A stretch of 32,607 nucleotides of DNA from Acidimicrobiales bacterium (GCA_043772215.1 JAYVGK010000096.1:1-32607), one strand, 5' to 3'. Counted from the stretch's first letter, positions 19,993-28,015 are shown. The notes: generated by a model from the letters alone, not told the origin. Made by a program: numbers and translations.

Positions 19993-21781
19993 AGTAAGGC
20001 TGCCAGTTTCGGACTGTCACATAGTCCCGGAGAAACTCGATTGCTTGTTCAGTAGTCGGTTCAGCTGCTTCGTTGGCGTTGGCCAGCTTTTCTGCCCGTC
20101 GCGCCCCAACTACCATCGCCACTGAAATGAAAAGCTGAACACATACGAACACCGATGCGATGATGGTGGATGTATGATTTCGGCCTGGAACTCGCCATCC
20201 GAAGATCAGTGACACTATGCAAAGAACGGCCATGAACAGATGTGGCGTGATCACTCGAAGGCTGAATTTTCCTTGTTTCGAGTTGGTCACACTCCACGTT
20301 GCTTGACGGCGAGTGAGTGTCATGAGAAAGGCACGAAGCTGCGATGGAGCGGCAGCAATCGAAACAATGATGGCGGAACCTTTGACCTTACCTGCCTGAA
20401 TGAACGGAATGGCGATGGTCAGCATATAAAAAGGAATGTAGTGAATGGCCCAGTTCCAGAGTGGAGCAGAAATTGGGCTGCGGTCAGCCAGGAGATAGAT
20501 CGGTGACATCACTGAAAAAATGGCTGTGGCAAATGCAAGTGCGTAGTGACTGGGTACTTGCATGTAGGCAAATTTCTGCGACAGTGTAAGCCGGTGTTCA
20601 GACAGCAGTCGGCCACGCAGAAGTACTTCCCAGCCCCCAGAAGCCCAACGGAACTGCTGCTTGAGAAACGGGCCGAGGCGATCTGGGGTGAGACCCTGGG
20701 TGAGAACCTTGGGCACGAACACGGTGCGCCAGCCGCGTCGATGCAATTCCAGTGACGTCCAGATGTCTTCGCTATTGGACCCAATCCAAATGCCGCCCTC
20801 GGGAAACTCGTGACCAAGCTCCGTCTTCACGGTTGCCGTATCCCCCTCCGGTAACTTCAGCTTCCGTCGTTCGCGCGGAATCAGTTCGCGCTCTGTCAAT
20901 GACTTGAGTGCGCTGCGTCGAAACACCACGTTGGTGCCTACACAGAAGGCAGCATTCGAGAGGTTTTTGGCAGGCATGATGGCTTCGTAGAACAGTTCTT
21001 GGCTTACGGCTGCTCCTTCGGCCACCATGCCGCGGTTGGTGGTGTAGTAGGTCTGCGGCGTCTGCACCATTGCAATCGAAGGATTGGCAATGAGATGAGG
21101 CAGGGTTTGGGTGAGCAAGTCCGGTCGTGGGACGTGATCGGCATCCAAGATCACCACGAATCGGCCATGGGTGCGCTGGAACGCAGTGTTTACATTTCCC
21201 GCCTTGGCATGAGCGTTGTTTTCTCGACGCAGGTATCCAACCCCGAGCAACATTGCTGCTTCTCGTAGCGATGCCTTGCGACCGTCGTCGAGAATCCATG
21301 TGTTGTGGGGGAGAACCATCTCCTGAGCGGCAATGACGGTTTTCAAAATGACGTGTTCCGGCTCACCGGCGCAACAGATGAAGACGTCGACGGTCGGCAC
21401 TTCAATCTCGCCCGTGATCAAACTTCGGCGGATGACGGCAAGGTCTTCTGACTCAGGGATGTCGGGTCGATATGACACCAACGTCGACCAGATGCTGGCG
21501 GTGTGAAGTACGACGATCGATTCCCCGATGAGGGTTGCCACCCAGAGGAGAGGGACGTTCTCGTGGGAGCGGTCGTAGACGAACGTCAAATAGAATGCCG
21601 CAGCCAGCAGCCCTGCGATAACTGCGAACTTGGTGGCCTGTTGGAAATCGCGCCACGGTACGTCGTGTTGCTCCGTTTTCGGGGGCTCGTAAAAATGGTT
21701 CGACGGCACCGGAACCTGAGTGGTGACCACGTCGGGAGTGGCTGCACTGCGACCCACAAAGGGAATTTTGACAGCCAACAT
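19976..21781 (-). CDS. BcsA/CrdS/BgsA-like processive beta-glucan synthase (GT2), no PilZ domain
   Basis: HAKAGNVN, VILDADH, QTPQTYY, FCVGTN, SEDIWTS (TED-like) and QQFRWASGGWE (QxxRW) motifs in the order seen in cellulose/curdlan synthases. TM helices flank the GT domain. Only about 45 aa follow the last TM helix. Confidence 0.85.
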   Translation of the reverse strand: MLAVKIPFVGRSAATPDVVTTQVPVPSNHFYEPPKTEQHDVPWRDFQQATKFAVIAGLLAAAFYLTFVYDRSHENVPLLWVATLIGESIVVLHTASIWSTLVSYRPDIPESEDLAVIRRSLITGEIEVPTVDVFICCAGEPEHVILKTVIAAQEMVLPHNTWILDDGRKASLREAAMLLGVGYLRRENNAHAKAGNVNTAFQRTHGRFVVILDADHVPRPDLLTQTLPHLIANPSIAMVQTPQTYYTTNRGMVAEGAAVSQELFYEAIMPAKNLSNAAFCVGTNVVFRRSALKSLTERELIPRERRKLKLPEGDTATVKTELGHEFPEGGIWIGSNSEDIWTSLELHRRGWRTVFVPKVLTQGLTPDRLGPFLKQQFRWASGGWEVLLRGRLLSEHRLTLSQKFAYMQVPSHYALAFATAIFSVMSPIYLLADRSPISAPLWNWAIHYIPFYMLTIAIPFIQAGKVKGSAIIVSIAAAPSQLRAFLMTLTRRQATWSVTNSKQGKFSLRVITPHLFMAVLCIVSLIFGWRVPGRNHTSTIIASVFVCVQLFISVAMVVGARRAEKLANANEAAEPTTEQAIEFLRDYVTVRNWQPYYDNAA

Positions 21782-21782
21782 G

Positions 21783-22166
21783 TCATCTGACCCCGGTCAG
21801 GGCCCGCATCGTGGTCAGCAAGTCAGCCAGGGTCTCTTCGTTGCGGCGGACCCGGCGCTCGATATCGGCGAAGAACAACTTCTCCACGACACTGGCTGCG
21901 GGGCTTTGGGCCCAGGTATCGCGCTCCTGGTACTCCGGAGCCTGGTATCCCCACAGTTGGGCCGGACGTTGGTACTCCGATTCCTGCGCGTGATGTGGGC
22001 CCGCAGCGTGATTCGGGTCGCCGGTGGGGTCGCCATTGGAAATTTCATCCAGTCTGGCCAAAACACGCTCTAGATGGACACGAAGAGCTTCGTTTTCGTC
22101 AAGCAGACGATCAACGAGCGAGTTCACGTCGTCGTGTTCTTCCTGGCTTGCCGGTGTGGCGCTCAT
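21783..22166 (-). CDS. hypothetical acidic coiled-coil protein (127 aa), first gene of the glucan synthase operon
   Basis: ATG ORF whose TGA (21785-21783) is 1 nt from the GT2 ATG (21781). Heptad-like LVDRLLDENEALRVHLERVLARLDEI near the N-terminus and a second helix near the C-terminus. No TM helix. Confidence 0.55.
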   Translation of the reverse strand: MSATPASQEEHDDVNSLVDRLLDENEALRVHLERVLARLDEISNGDPTGDPNHAAGPHHAQESEYQRPAQLWGYQAPEYQERDTWAQSPAASVVEKLFFADIERRVRRNEETLADLLTTMRALTGVR

Positions 22167-22381
22167 CGTTCCTGGTCCCCCGTCGGTCGACTTGATCCTG
22201 TCTTGAGGTTTTCATCGGCCAAAGCCTTTGTCCTCTGAAGAGGGAGTTGCTCGGAATTGAGTGGGCCACCAGTTGTGAGGTGAAGGGCAGGTCCGGTGGC
22301 GGGGCGCAGCAGGCCGACTTCGGGGTCGGCTGGTAAGTCGGCAGGTATGAACGCCGATGCCCCGGTTACGCTGGCGCCCAC

Positions 22382-23002
22382 ATGCCGCTTCCACCAACGA
22401 TCACGAGGGTTGAGCGAACCTTCGGATTTCTCGACATCAGTCGCTTCACTGCCTACACGGACCAGCGCGGCGACGCCATGGCCGTGGGGGCGCTGGCTGA
22501 TTTTCGTATGGTGGTGCGGGATGTGTGCAGCCGTTACGGCGTGCGGGTGGACAAGTGGCTGGGCGACGGGGCCATGTTCGTATGTGTGGAAACCGCGCCC
22601 CTAGTGCAGGCCGTGCTGGGTATCGAGCAACGCTTGTCGGAGATCGGGTTTCCCCTGCCGTTGCGCGCCGGAATTGCGTCAGGGCTGGTGATCCTGTTCG
22701 ACGGTGATGACTACATCGGTATGCCGGTGAACCTGGCCAGTCGGTTGTGTGCGGAGGCGTCGCCGGGCGAGGTGCTGGTGACCGATGTGGTGGCCCAGTC
22801 GGCCCCCGAGTGGGCCCGGAGCCGTTGGATGGGCGACTTGGACGTACGCGGGGTGGCGGCGCCAGTGGCGGTGGTGGCTCTGTCGAGTGTGTCCGAGCCG
22901 GTGAGGCCTGATCCAGAGACGCCCGATTCAGAGACGCCGCTGGCCACCCCTTCGATGACCCCTTCGATGACCCCTTCGATGACCCGGAGACCAATTTCCT
23001 AG
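22382..23002 (+). CDS. stand-alone class III adenylate/guanylate cyclase catalytic domain protein with C-terminal Pro/Ser/Thr repeat tail
   Basis: ERTFGFLDISRFTAYT (metal Asp), KWLGDGAMFV, LRAGIASGLV, GMPVNLASRLCAEASPGEVLVT match the CHD fold. No sensor or TM domain. The TAG stop overlaps the pepN stop in a shared CTAG (22999-23002). Confidence 0.75.
   Translation: MPLPPTITRVERTFGFLDISRFTAYTDQRGDAMAVGALADFRMVVRDVCSRYGVRVDKWLGDGAMFVCVETAPLVQAVLGIEQRLSEIGFPLPLRAGIASGLVILFDGDDYIGMPVNLASRLCAEASPGEVLVTDVVAQSAPEWARSRWMGDLDVRGVAAPVAVVALSSVSEPVRPDPETPDSETPLATPSMTPSMTPSMTRRPIS
22946..22985 (+). repeat. perfect 12-nt tandem repeat ACCCCTTCGATG x3 (+4 nt) encoding (TPSM)3 in the cyclase tail
   Basis: Direct reading: three identical 12-nt units at 22946-22981 plus a partial fourth. 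Preceded by a duplicated CAGAGACGCC (PETPDSETP). Confidence 0.9.
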
Positions 23003-25554
23003 ACGGCGAACACAGCGGCCAAGCCGGCCGCTTCACGGGCCCGTAGTGCCTGATGTACTCGGAGACGCTCCATGTGCTGGGCCAACTGCTTCTCTCCCTG
23101 GGGCACACCAGTCGACGCATAGAACGCCAGGATGTCCTCAGCCACTCCCGGCTCGCTGCGCTGAACCAGGCCCTCCACTAATCGCACCACGGCGTTGGCC
23201 GGTACCTTGGCCACAATTTCAGCCCAGTGATCACGCACGAATATCCACGAGTCCGGCCCATTCACCCGGTCACTACACATACGTACGAAGGCAAACGCCG
23301 TGTCCTGGGTACGCACAGAGCCCGACAGGAACAACTCCAGGGTGCGCTGGCGCAGGTGTGGGTGTTCGAATCCACCGAGCCCATGGAGAAAGCGCTGGAC
23401 CAATTGCGGATTGGTGGTGGTGGACCGTATTTCGTTGTAGCGATCCCAGCGGGCCGAGTCCCCCTGATGTGAGCAGATGGACACAATGGCTGGCGCCACA
23501 TCGGGGTCAACCTCGCCACCATCGAGCACTTCGGGGAGTAACGCATCGGCAGCCGCAGTCACTTGAGGGTCTCGCGCCAAGTTGCCCAGTGCGCTGATGA
23601 TCTGGGCGCGTACCTGCCCAGCCAGAGCCGCCTCATCGGGGATGGCGGTCCATCCGAGGTCGGTCAGCGCAGGCGAACACAAAGCAGTGACCATGGCCTG
23701 CAGGCCGGGGCGGGCATCATCGCCGGCAATCTGGTCCAGTGAGCCCAGCCCGCCCAGTAGGGCGCTCCATACGTTGGGGTCACGCTCGGCTTGGAATCCC
23801 TTGGCCAAGGCCACGAAATCCGACGCTGGCGACACCCCGGACAGCACGGCCGCCCACGTATCGGAGACCAATCCGTATCGTTCCACCGGCGCAAGGGAGT
23901 GCACGGCATTGCGCAATGCTCCCAATGTGGTGGCGTCGTAACGCACCCGGTAAAAACCGTGTCCTCCAGCGTTCACCACTGGTGCAGTTTCACCGGGGGC
24001 CAAGGTCACCACGGCTGGCTCTGTGCCAAGGCTGAGACGGCCCAACCCGGCATTGAGAGCGGCGCGATACAGCACCGGAACCTGCCACGATTTTGGTGGT
24101 GATCCGGGCGCAGCGTCAGGTAGGAATGAGAATCGAGACTGTAACAACGTCATCGACGAGTTCTGTACAGAGGCAGTGATGAGAGGAAATCCTCCCTGGA
24201 ATATCCAGGTGTCCATCATCTGGCGAACTGGCTCGCCGGTGACCTCTTCGATGGAATCCCACAGATCCGTGGTTTCGGCATTCGCATAACTATGGGCGCG
24301 TAGGTAGTGACGAACACCATCACGGAAACGATCTACCCCGAGGTACTGCTCCAGCATGCGCAAAACGGCAGCGCCCTTTTCGTACGTGAGGACGTCGAAC
24401 ATACCGTTGGCGTCGGTGGGCGATACCACGGGGAACTCGATGGGTCGAGTGCTGTGCAGACCATCGACGGCCATGGCCATGGAGCGGTAGACGCTGAAAC
24501 TGGTCCAGCGGTCCCACTCCGGTTTCCAGGCGTCTACGCAGGCGATCTCCATGAAGGTGGCGAACGCTTCGTTCAGCCACAAACCGTTCCACCACTTCAT
24601 GGTCACCAGATCGCCGAACCACATATGGGCAATTTCGTGGGCCACCACGTCGGCGATACGTTCCAATTCCGGCTTGGCCGCCACCGTTGGATCCACCAAC
24701 AGGAGCATTTCGCGGAAGGTGATGGCACCCAGGTTCTCCATGGCGCCGGCGGCGAAATCGGGCAGAGCCAACAGGTCCAGCTTGTCGCCCGGATAGGCAA
24801 TGTCGTAGTACTCGGTGAAGTACCGCAGGGAGAAAGCGCCGATGTCGAGGGCGAACTGCGTGAGGTGGGCCATCCCGGGGCGGTGGATCACCCGCAGCGG
24901 CACGCCATCCACGTCGATGGCCTCGGTGGCTTCCAACTCGCCCACCACGAAGCACACCAGATACGTGGACATCTTCATGGTGTCGCCGAAATGGACAGAA
25001 CGTTTGCCCGAAGGCAATGTGTCTTCGTTGATGACCGGTGAGTTGGAGATGGCCATAAGTGCTTCATCCACCACCAGGGTCACCCCGAACACTGCTTTGA
25101 AGTCGGGCTCATCCCAGCACGGAAAGGCGCGTCGCGCATCGGTGGCTTCCATCTGGGTGGTGGCGATGACCTTGGTGGTGCCGTCGTCGGCCTCGTAGGT
25201 ACTGGCGTAGAACCCCACCAACTTGTCGTTCAGGACACCCTGAAACTCGTAGGTGAGCTTAGCTTCACCCACCACCAGAGTGCGGGCCAGCGTGATGGTG
25301 CAACGCTCTGTGGTGGCATCGAGCTCGATGGCGGTGGTGTCGATGCGCACACCGTTGGGGTCCACCACCCAGGCCCGGTCGATGACGAGATCGGCGGCGT
25401 TGCACACGATCTGGGCAGTGGGTTGGTGGACATCCACGGTGATCACCGCTCGGCCTACGAAGTCGCGCTGACCAAGGTCCGGCGACAGGGTGAGGTCATA
25501 GCGGCTGGGAAGAATGGTCCGGGGCAGCCGGTATGGGTTCAAAGTGTCGCTCAC
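22999..25554 (-). CDS. pepN: aminopeptidase N (M1 family zinc metallopeptidase)
   Basis: GAMENLG exopeptidase motif. HEIAHMWFGDLVTMKWWNGLWLNEAFA (HExxH-18-E). 851 aa with an ERAP1-like C-terminal domain. Confidence 0.95.
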   Translation of the reverse strand: MSDTLNPYRLPRTILPSRYDLTLSPDLGQRDFVGRAVITVDVHQPTAQIVCNAADLVIDRAWVVDPNGVRIDTTAIELDATTERCTITLARTLVVGEAKLTYEFQGVLNDKLVGFYASTYEADDGTTKVIATTQMEATDARRAFPCWDEPDFKAVFGVTLVVDEALMAISNSPVINEDTLPSGKRSVHFGDTMKMSTYLVCFVVGELEATEAIDVDGVPLRVIHRPGMAHLTQFALDIGAFSLRYFTEYYDIAYPGDKLDLLALPDFAAGAMENLGAITFREMLLLVDPTVAAKPELERIADVVAHEIAHMWFGDLVTMKWWNGLWLNEAFATFMEIACVDAWKPEWDRWTSFSVYRSMAMAVDGLHSTRPIEFPVVSPTDANGMFDVLTYEKGAAVLRMLEQYLGVDRFRDGVRHYLRAHSYANAETTDLWDSIEEVTGEPVRQMMDTWIFQGGFPLITASVQNSSMTLLQSRFSFLPDAAPGSPPKSWQVPVLYRAALNAGLGRLSLGTEPAVVTLAPGETAPVVNAGGHGFYRVRYDATTLGALRNAVHSLAPVERYGLVSDTWAAVLSGVSPASDFVALAKGFQAERDPNVWSALLGGLGSLDQIAGDDARPGLQAMVTALCSPALTDLGWTAIPDEAALAGQVRAQIISALGNLARDPQVTAAADALLPEVLDGGEVDPDVAPAIVSICSHQGDSARWDRYNEIRSTTTNPQLVQRFLHGLGGFEHPHLRQRTLELFLSGSVRTQDTAFAFVRMCSDRVNGPDSWIFVRDHWAEIVAKVPANAVVRLVEGLVQRSEPGVAEDILAFYASTGVPQGEKQLAQHMERLRVHQALRAREAAGLAAVFAV

Positions 25555-25613
25555 CTGTTCAGTGTTGCAGCTACCCCCGCTGGACGCGAACCCAACGACT
25601 AACCTGCCCGCAC

Positions 25614-26645
25614 GTGAACCATCCCGTCTCCCGTGAGGCCACCTTCGACGTGGTCACCATCGGTCATGCCATTGTTGATGTACTCGGCTACGTACCCGAT
25701 GATTTCCTCGCCACCCACGGCTTGTCCAGGGGCATCATGGAGTTGGTGGATGCAGCAAGGGCTGTGCCGCTGTATCAGGAGATGTGCCGCGTGGCGCTGG
25801 ACACGGGCGATGACCTGCTGCAAATCAGTGGGGGCTCGGCAGCCAACACTGCGGTGGTGGCGGCCCTGCTGGGGGCTCGTACCGGTTTCGTGGGCAAGGT
25901 ACGAGAGGACGAATTGGGGCACGTGTTCACCGCCAACATCCGTGCAGCGGGCGTACATTTCAGCACCCGTCAGTCCGACCACAGCGCTGATCCCACCGGT
26001 CGGTGTCTCATCAACGTCACTCCCGATGCCGAACGCACCATGAGCACCTATCTGGGTGCCGCGCGTGGCCTGCGTGTACCCGATATGGACGAGTCGTTGT
26101 TGGGTGGCGCCCAGGTCACCTATCTGGAGGGCTATCTGTGGGATGAGATCTATGCCAGGGCGGCACTGGAGCGGGCCATAGCCGTGGTCCATCGTGAGGG
26201 GCGTCGATTCTCGCTGACGCTGTCGGACCCGTTCTGTGTTGATCGCTTTCGGGCGGAGTGGATTGAACTCATCACCCGGTCGGTGGACATCTTGTTCGGA
26301 AACGAGGCGGAGTTGTTGTCGCTGTTCGAAACGGACAACTTGGAGTCTGCCTTGGAGCGGGTCGGCTCGCTGTGCGAAATCGCTTCCATCACCCGGGGCG
26401 CCAAGGGTTCCCTGGTGGTAAGTGCGAATGGTATTGAGGAGGTGGCGGCGCATCCTGTGGACCATGTGATGGACACCACAGGCGCCGGTGATGCCTATGC
26501 CGGGGGCTTTCTCTACGGCTTCACTCATGGCCATTCATTGGTGCACTCGGCCGAGTTGGGGGGGCTGGCGGCGGCCGAAGTCATCAGCCACCTTGGCGCA
26601 CGGCCTACATCGGCGCTGCTGGAGATGTTATCTGAGCTGCGTTGA
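25614..26645 (+). CDS. PfkB family kinase (adenosine kinase-like)
   Basis: GTG at 25614 gives VNHPVSREATFDVVTIGHAIVDVL. GGSAANTA motif. C-terminal DTTGAGDAYAGGFLYG anion-hole/catalytic motif. The track ORF start at 25533 would overlap pepN. Confidence 0.85.
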   Translation: MNHPVSREATFDVVTIGHAIVDVLGYVPDDFLATHGLSRGIMELVDAARAVPLYQEMCRVALDTGDDLLQISGGSAANTAVVAALLGARTGFVGKVREDELGHVFTANIRAAGVHFSTRQSDHSADPTGRCLINVTPDAERTMSTYLGAARGLRVPDMDESLLGGAQVTYLEGYLWDEIYARAALERAIAVVHREGRRFSLTLSDPFCVDRFRAEWIELITRSVDILFGNEAELLSLFETDNLESALERVGSLCEIASITRGAKGSLVVSANGIEEVAAHPVDHVMDTTGAGDAYAGGFLYGFTHGHSLVHSAELGGLAAAEVISHLGARPTSALLEMLSELR

Positions 26646-26709
26646 ACAGCGCTGATGCGTGGGGCCATTGGTCGGCAACCGATTTCCCCACCCATCGAAC
26701 TATGCGTAC

Positions 26710-27168
26710 TTACTGAAGCAAGGCCAGGTCGGCCAATACCTCGGCGGCGTGAGCGCCGGGGTCCGTGACGTCATAGGACTTGGCGATCACCCCATCAGGC
26801 TTGATCAGAAACGAGTACCGCTCCGGGAAGTTGGCATATGGATGATCCGCAGCACGGACCACTTCGTATGCGGTTCCCACTGCCCTGTCCACGTCGGACA
26901 GCAGAGGGTATTCCAGCGCTTGGGCCTCCCTGAAGGCCTTGTTGTCGGCCGGGGTGTCGAATGAAGCGCCGATCACTCGGCAATTGGCATCGGCAAAGCT
27001 CTGGGCACTGTCACGCAGCGCCTGTCCTTGAACCGTTCAGCCAGGGGTGCCGGCCTTCGGATACCACCACAGAAGGACCCACGAGCCAGCCTGGTCGGCG
27101 AGGCTCACGATGGTTCCGTCCTGATCGGGCAGCGCAAAAGCGGGGGCAGGGGTGCCTGCACTCAGCAT
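26710..27168 (-). CDS. bcp: Bcp/PrxQ-type peroxiredoxin with in-frame TGA at the peroxidatic Cys position (candidate selenocysteine, codon 44)
   Basis: Track ORFs 27037..27297 and 26710..26976 are in the same frame, separated by a single TGA (27039-27037). The read-through product MLSAGTPAPAFALPDQDG...WWYPKAGTPG-U-TVQGQALRD...LLSD...YSFLIKPDGVI aligns along its whole length with E. coli Bcp (FYPKAMTPGCTVQACGLRD). AGGAAG Shine-Dalgarno lies 4 nt before the ATG at 27168. Confidence 0.7.
27004..27022 (-). promoter_or_regulatory. candidate bacterial SECIS hairpin
   Basis: On the mRNA: UGA, then 14 nt, then GGCGCUG-CGUGA-CAGUGCC. This is a 7-bp stem with one G.U and a 5-nt loop containing GU. The loop starts 22 nt after the UGA. 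Confidence 0.4.
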
Positions 27169-27217
27169 GGGGCTTCCTCTCGAAAGACTCGACAGCACGT
27201 TGCTGCCAGTGACGTTT

Positions 27218-28015
27218 CTACCCCACCTGATTGCGGCCGCGTTCCATGATGGCGTCTCGAGTGCGTTCCAACTCACCGGGCGTGAACGTGGACGCATACT
27301 GGCGATTTACGCGCCGCTCGTGGCGAAGGCCGTCGTGCACGGTCATGGTGTGGATGGAGCGATAGCTGGCGAGCAGTGTTTGCACCGCCGGTCCATTGTT
27401 GCGGGAGATGTCCGCCGCCAATGCCCGTACGGTCGCCATGAGATCGGTATGGGCCACCACCCGGTTCACCAGTCCGAAGGCCAGCGCTTCTTCGGCGCCC
27501 ATGAAGTTGCCCGTGATACTCATCTCGATGGCCCGGCGGATGCCGATGGCCTGGGGCAGCAGCACCGACAGTCCCCAACCAGGCAGAACCCCCACTCGGG
27601 TATGGGTGTCACCGAACGCCGCCCGGTCAGAGGCCACCAAGAAATCGCACTGCAACGCCAATTCGAAACCGCCGGTGATGGCCACGCCGTTGATCGCCCC
27701 TATGACTGGTTTGGTGGTGATGACCCACGGGGTGGTGGGGACCTCGTCGTTGCCCAGGCCCACACCGACGTCTCGTCCGCCCCCTCCGAGTTCTTTGAGG
27801 TCGAGGCCCGCGCAAAACGCCGGGTCTGCACCGGTGAGGATGATCACATCGGAGTCAGAGTTCTCGGCGGCCGTCATCTGCTGGCGGAGTTGTCGGGACA
27901 GCGCCACGGAGAGCGCATTGCGAGCCCCTGGTCGGTTGAGGGTGACCGTGGCGATGCGATCGGAAACATCGAGCAGAACGAGGTCGGCTTCGGGGCTGGT
28001 CATGTGGTCCTTCAT
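27218..28015 (-). CDS. enoyl-CoA hydratase/isomerase (crotonase) family protein
   Basis: VTLNRPGARNAL, ILTGADPAFCAGLDLKE and AINGVAITGGFELALQCD are oxyanion-hole motifs. ATGA overlap with the upstream VOC gene. An alternative ATG is at 28003. Confidence 0.9.
   Translation of the reverse strand: MKDHMTSPEADLVLLDVSDRIATVTLNRPGARNALSVALSRQLRQQMTAAENSDSDVIILTGADPAFCAGLDLKELGGGGRDVGVGLGNDEVPTTPWVITTKPVIGAINGVAITGGFELALQCDFLVASDRAAFGDTHTRVGVLPGWGLSVLLPQAIGIRRAIEMSITGNFMGAEEALAFGLVNRVVAHTDLMATVRALAADISRNNGPAVQTLLASYRSIHTMTVHDGLRHERRVNRQYASTFTPGELERTRDAIMERGRNQVG

Noticed and set aside
19976-20110. PilZ c-di-GMP receptor domain at the C-terminus of the GT2 synthase (as in BcsA) or in the N-terminus of the MFP-like protein (as in Alg44)
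   Set aside because: Only about 45 residues follow the last TM helix of the synthase. The MFP-like N-terminus is low-complexity. Neither region shows an RxxxR ... (D/N)xSxxG pair.
22163-22381. 72-aa GTG-initiated ORF upstream of the glucan operon as a called CDS
   Set aside because: It would abut the divergent cyclase start with no promoter space. Its third-position GC falls in the second half, it has no recognisable domain and no Shine-Dalgarno. It is kept only as an open question in the findings.
26646-26709. Bidirectional terminator between the convergent kinase and bcp genes
   Set aside because: The best pairing, GGUCGG/CCGAUU, has only 4 Watson-Crick pairs plus 2 G.U pairs. It works on the plus strand only and has no U-tract.
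26710-27297. Treating 26710..26976 and 27037..27297 as two separate small genes or as a dead bcp pseudogene
   Set aside because: Both pieces are in the same frame and are interrupted by a single TGA exactly at the catalytic Cys column. The downstream part keeps conserved Bcp blocks, and a hairpin sits in SECIS position. The pseudogene reading is not fully excluded (see finding). The 5' part of the 86-aa ORF upstream of the ATG at 27168 is non-homologous and overlaps the crotonase gene end.
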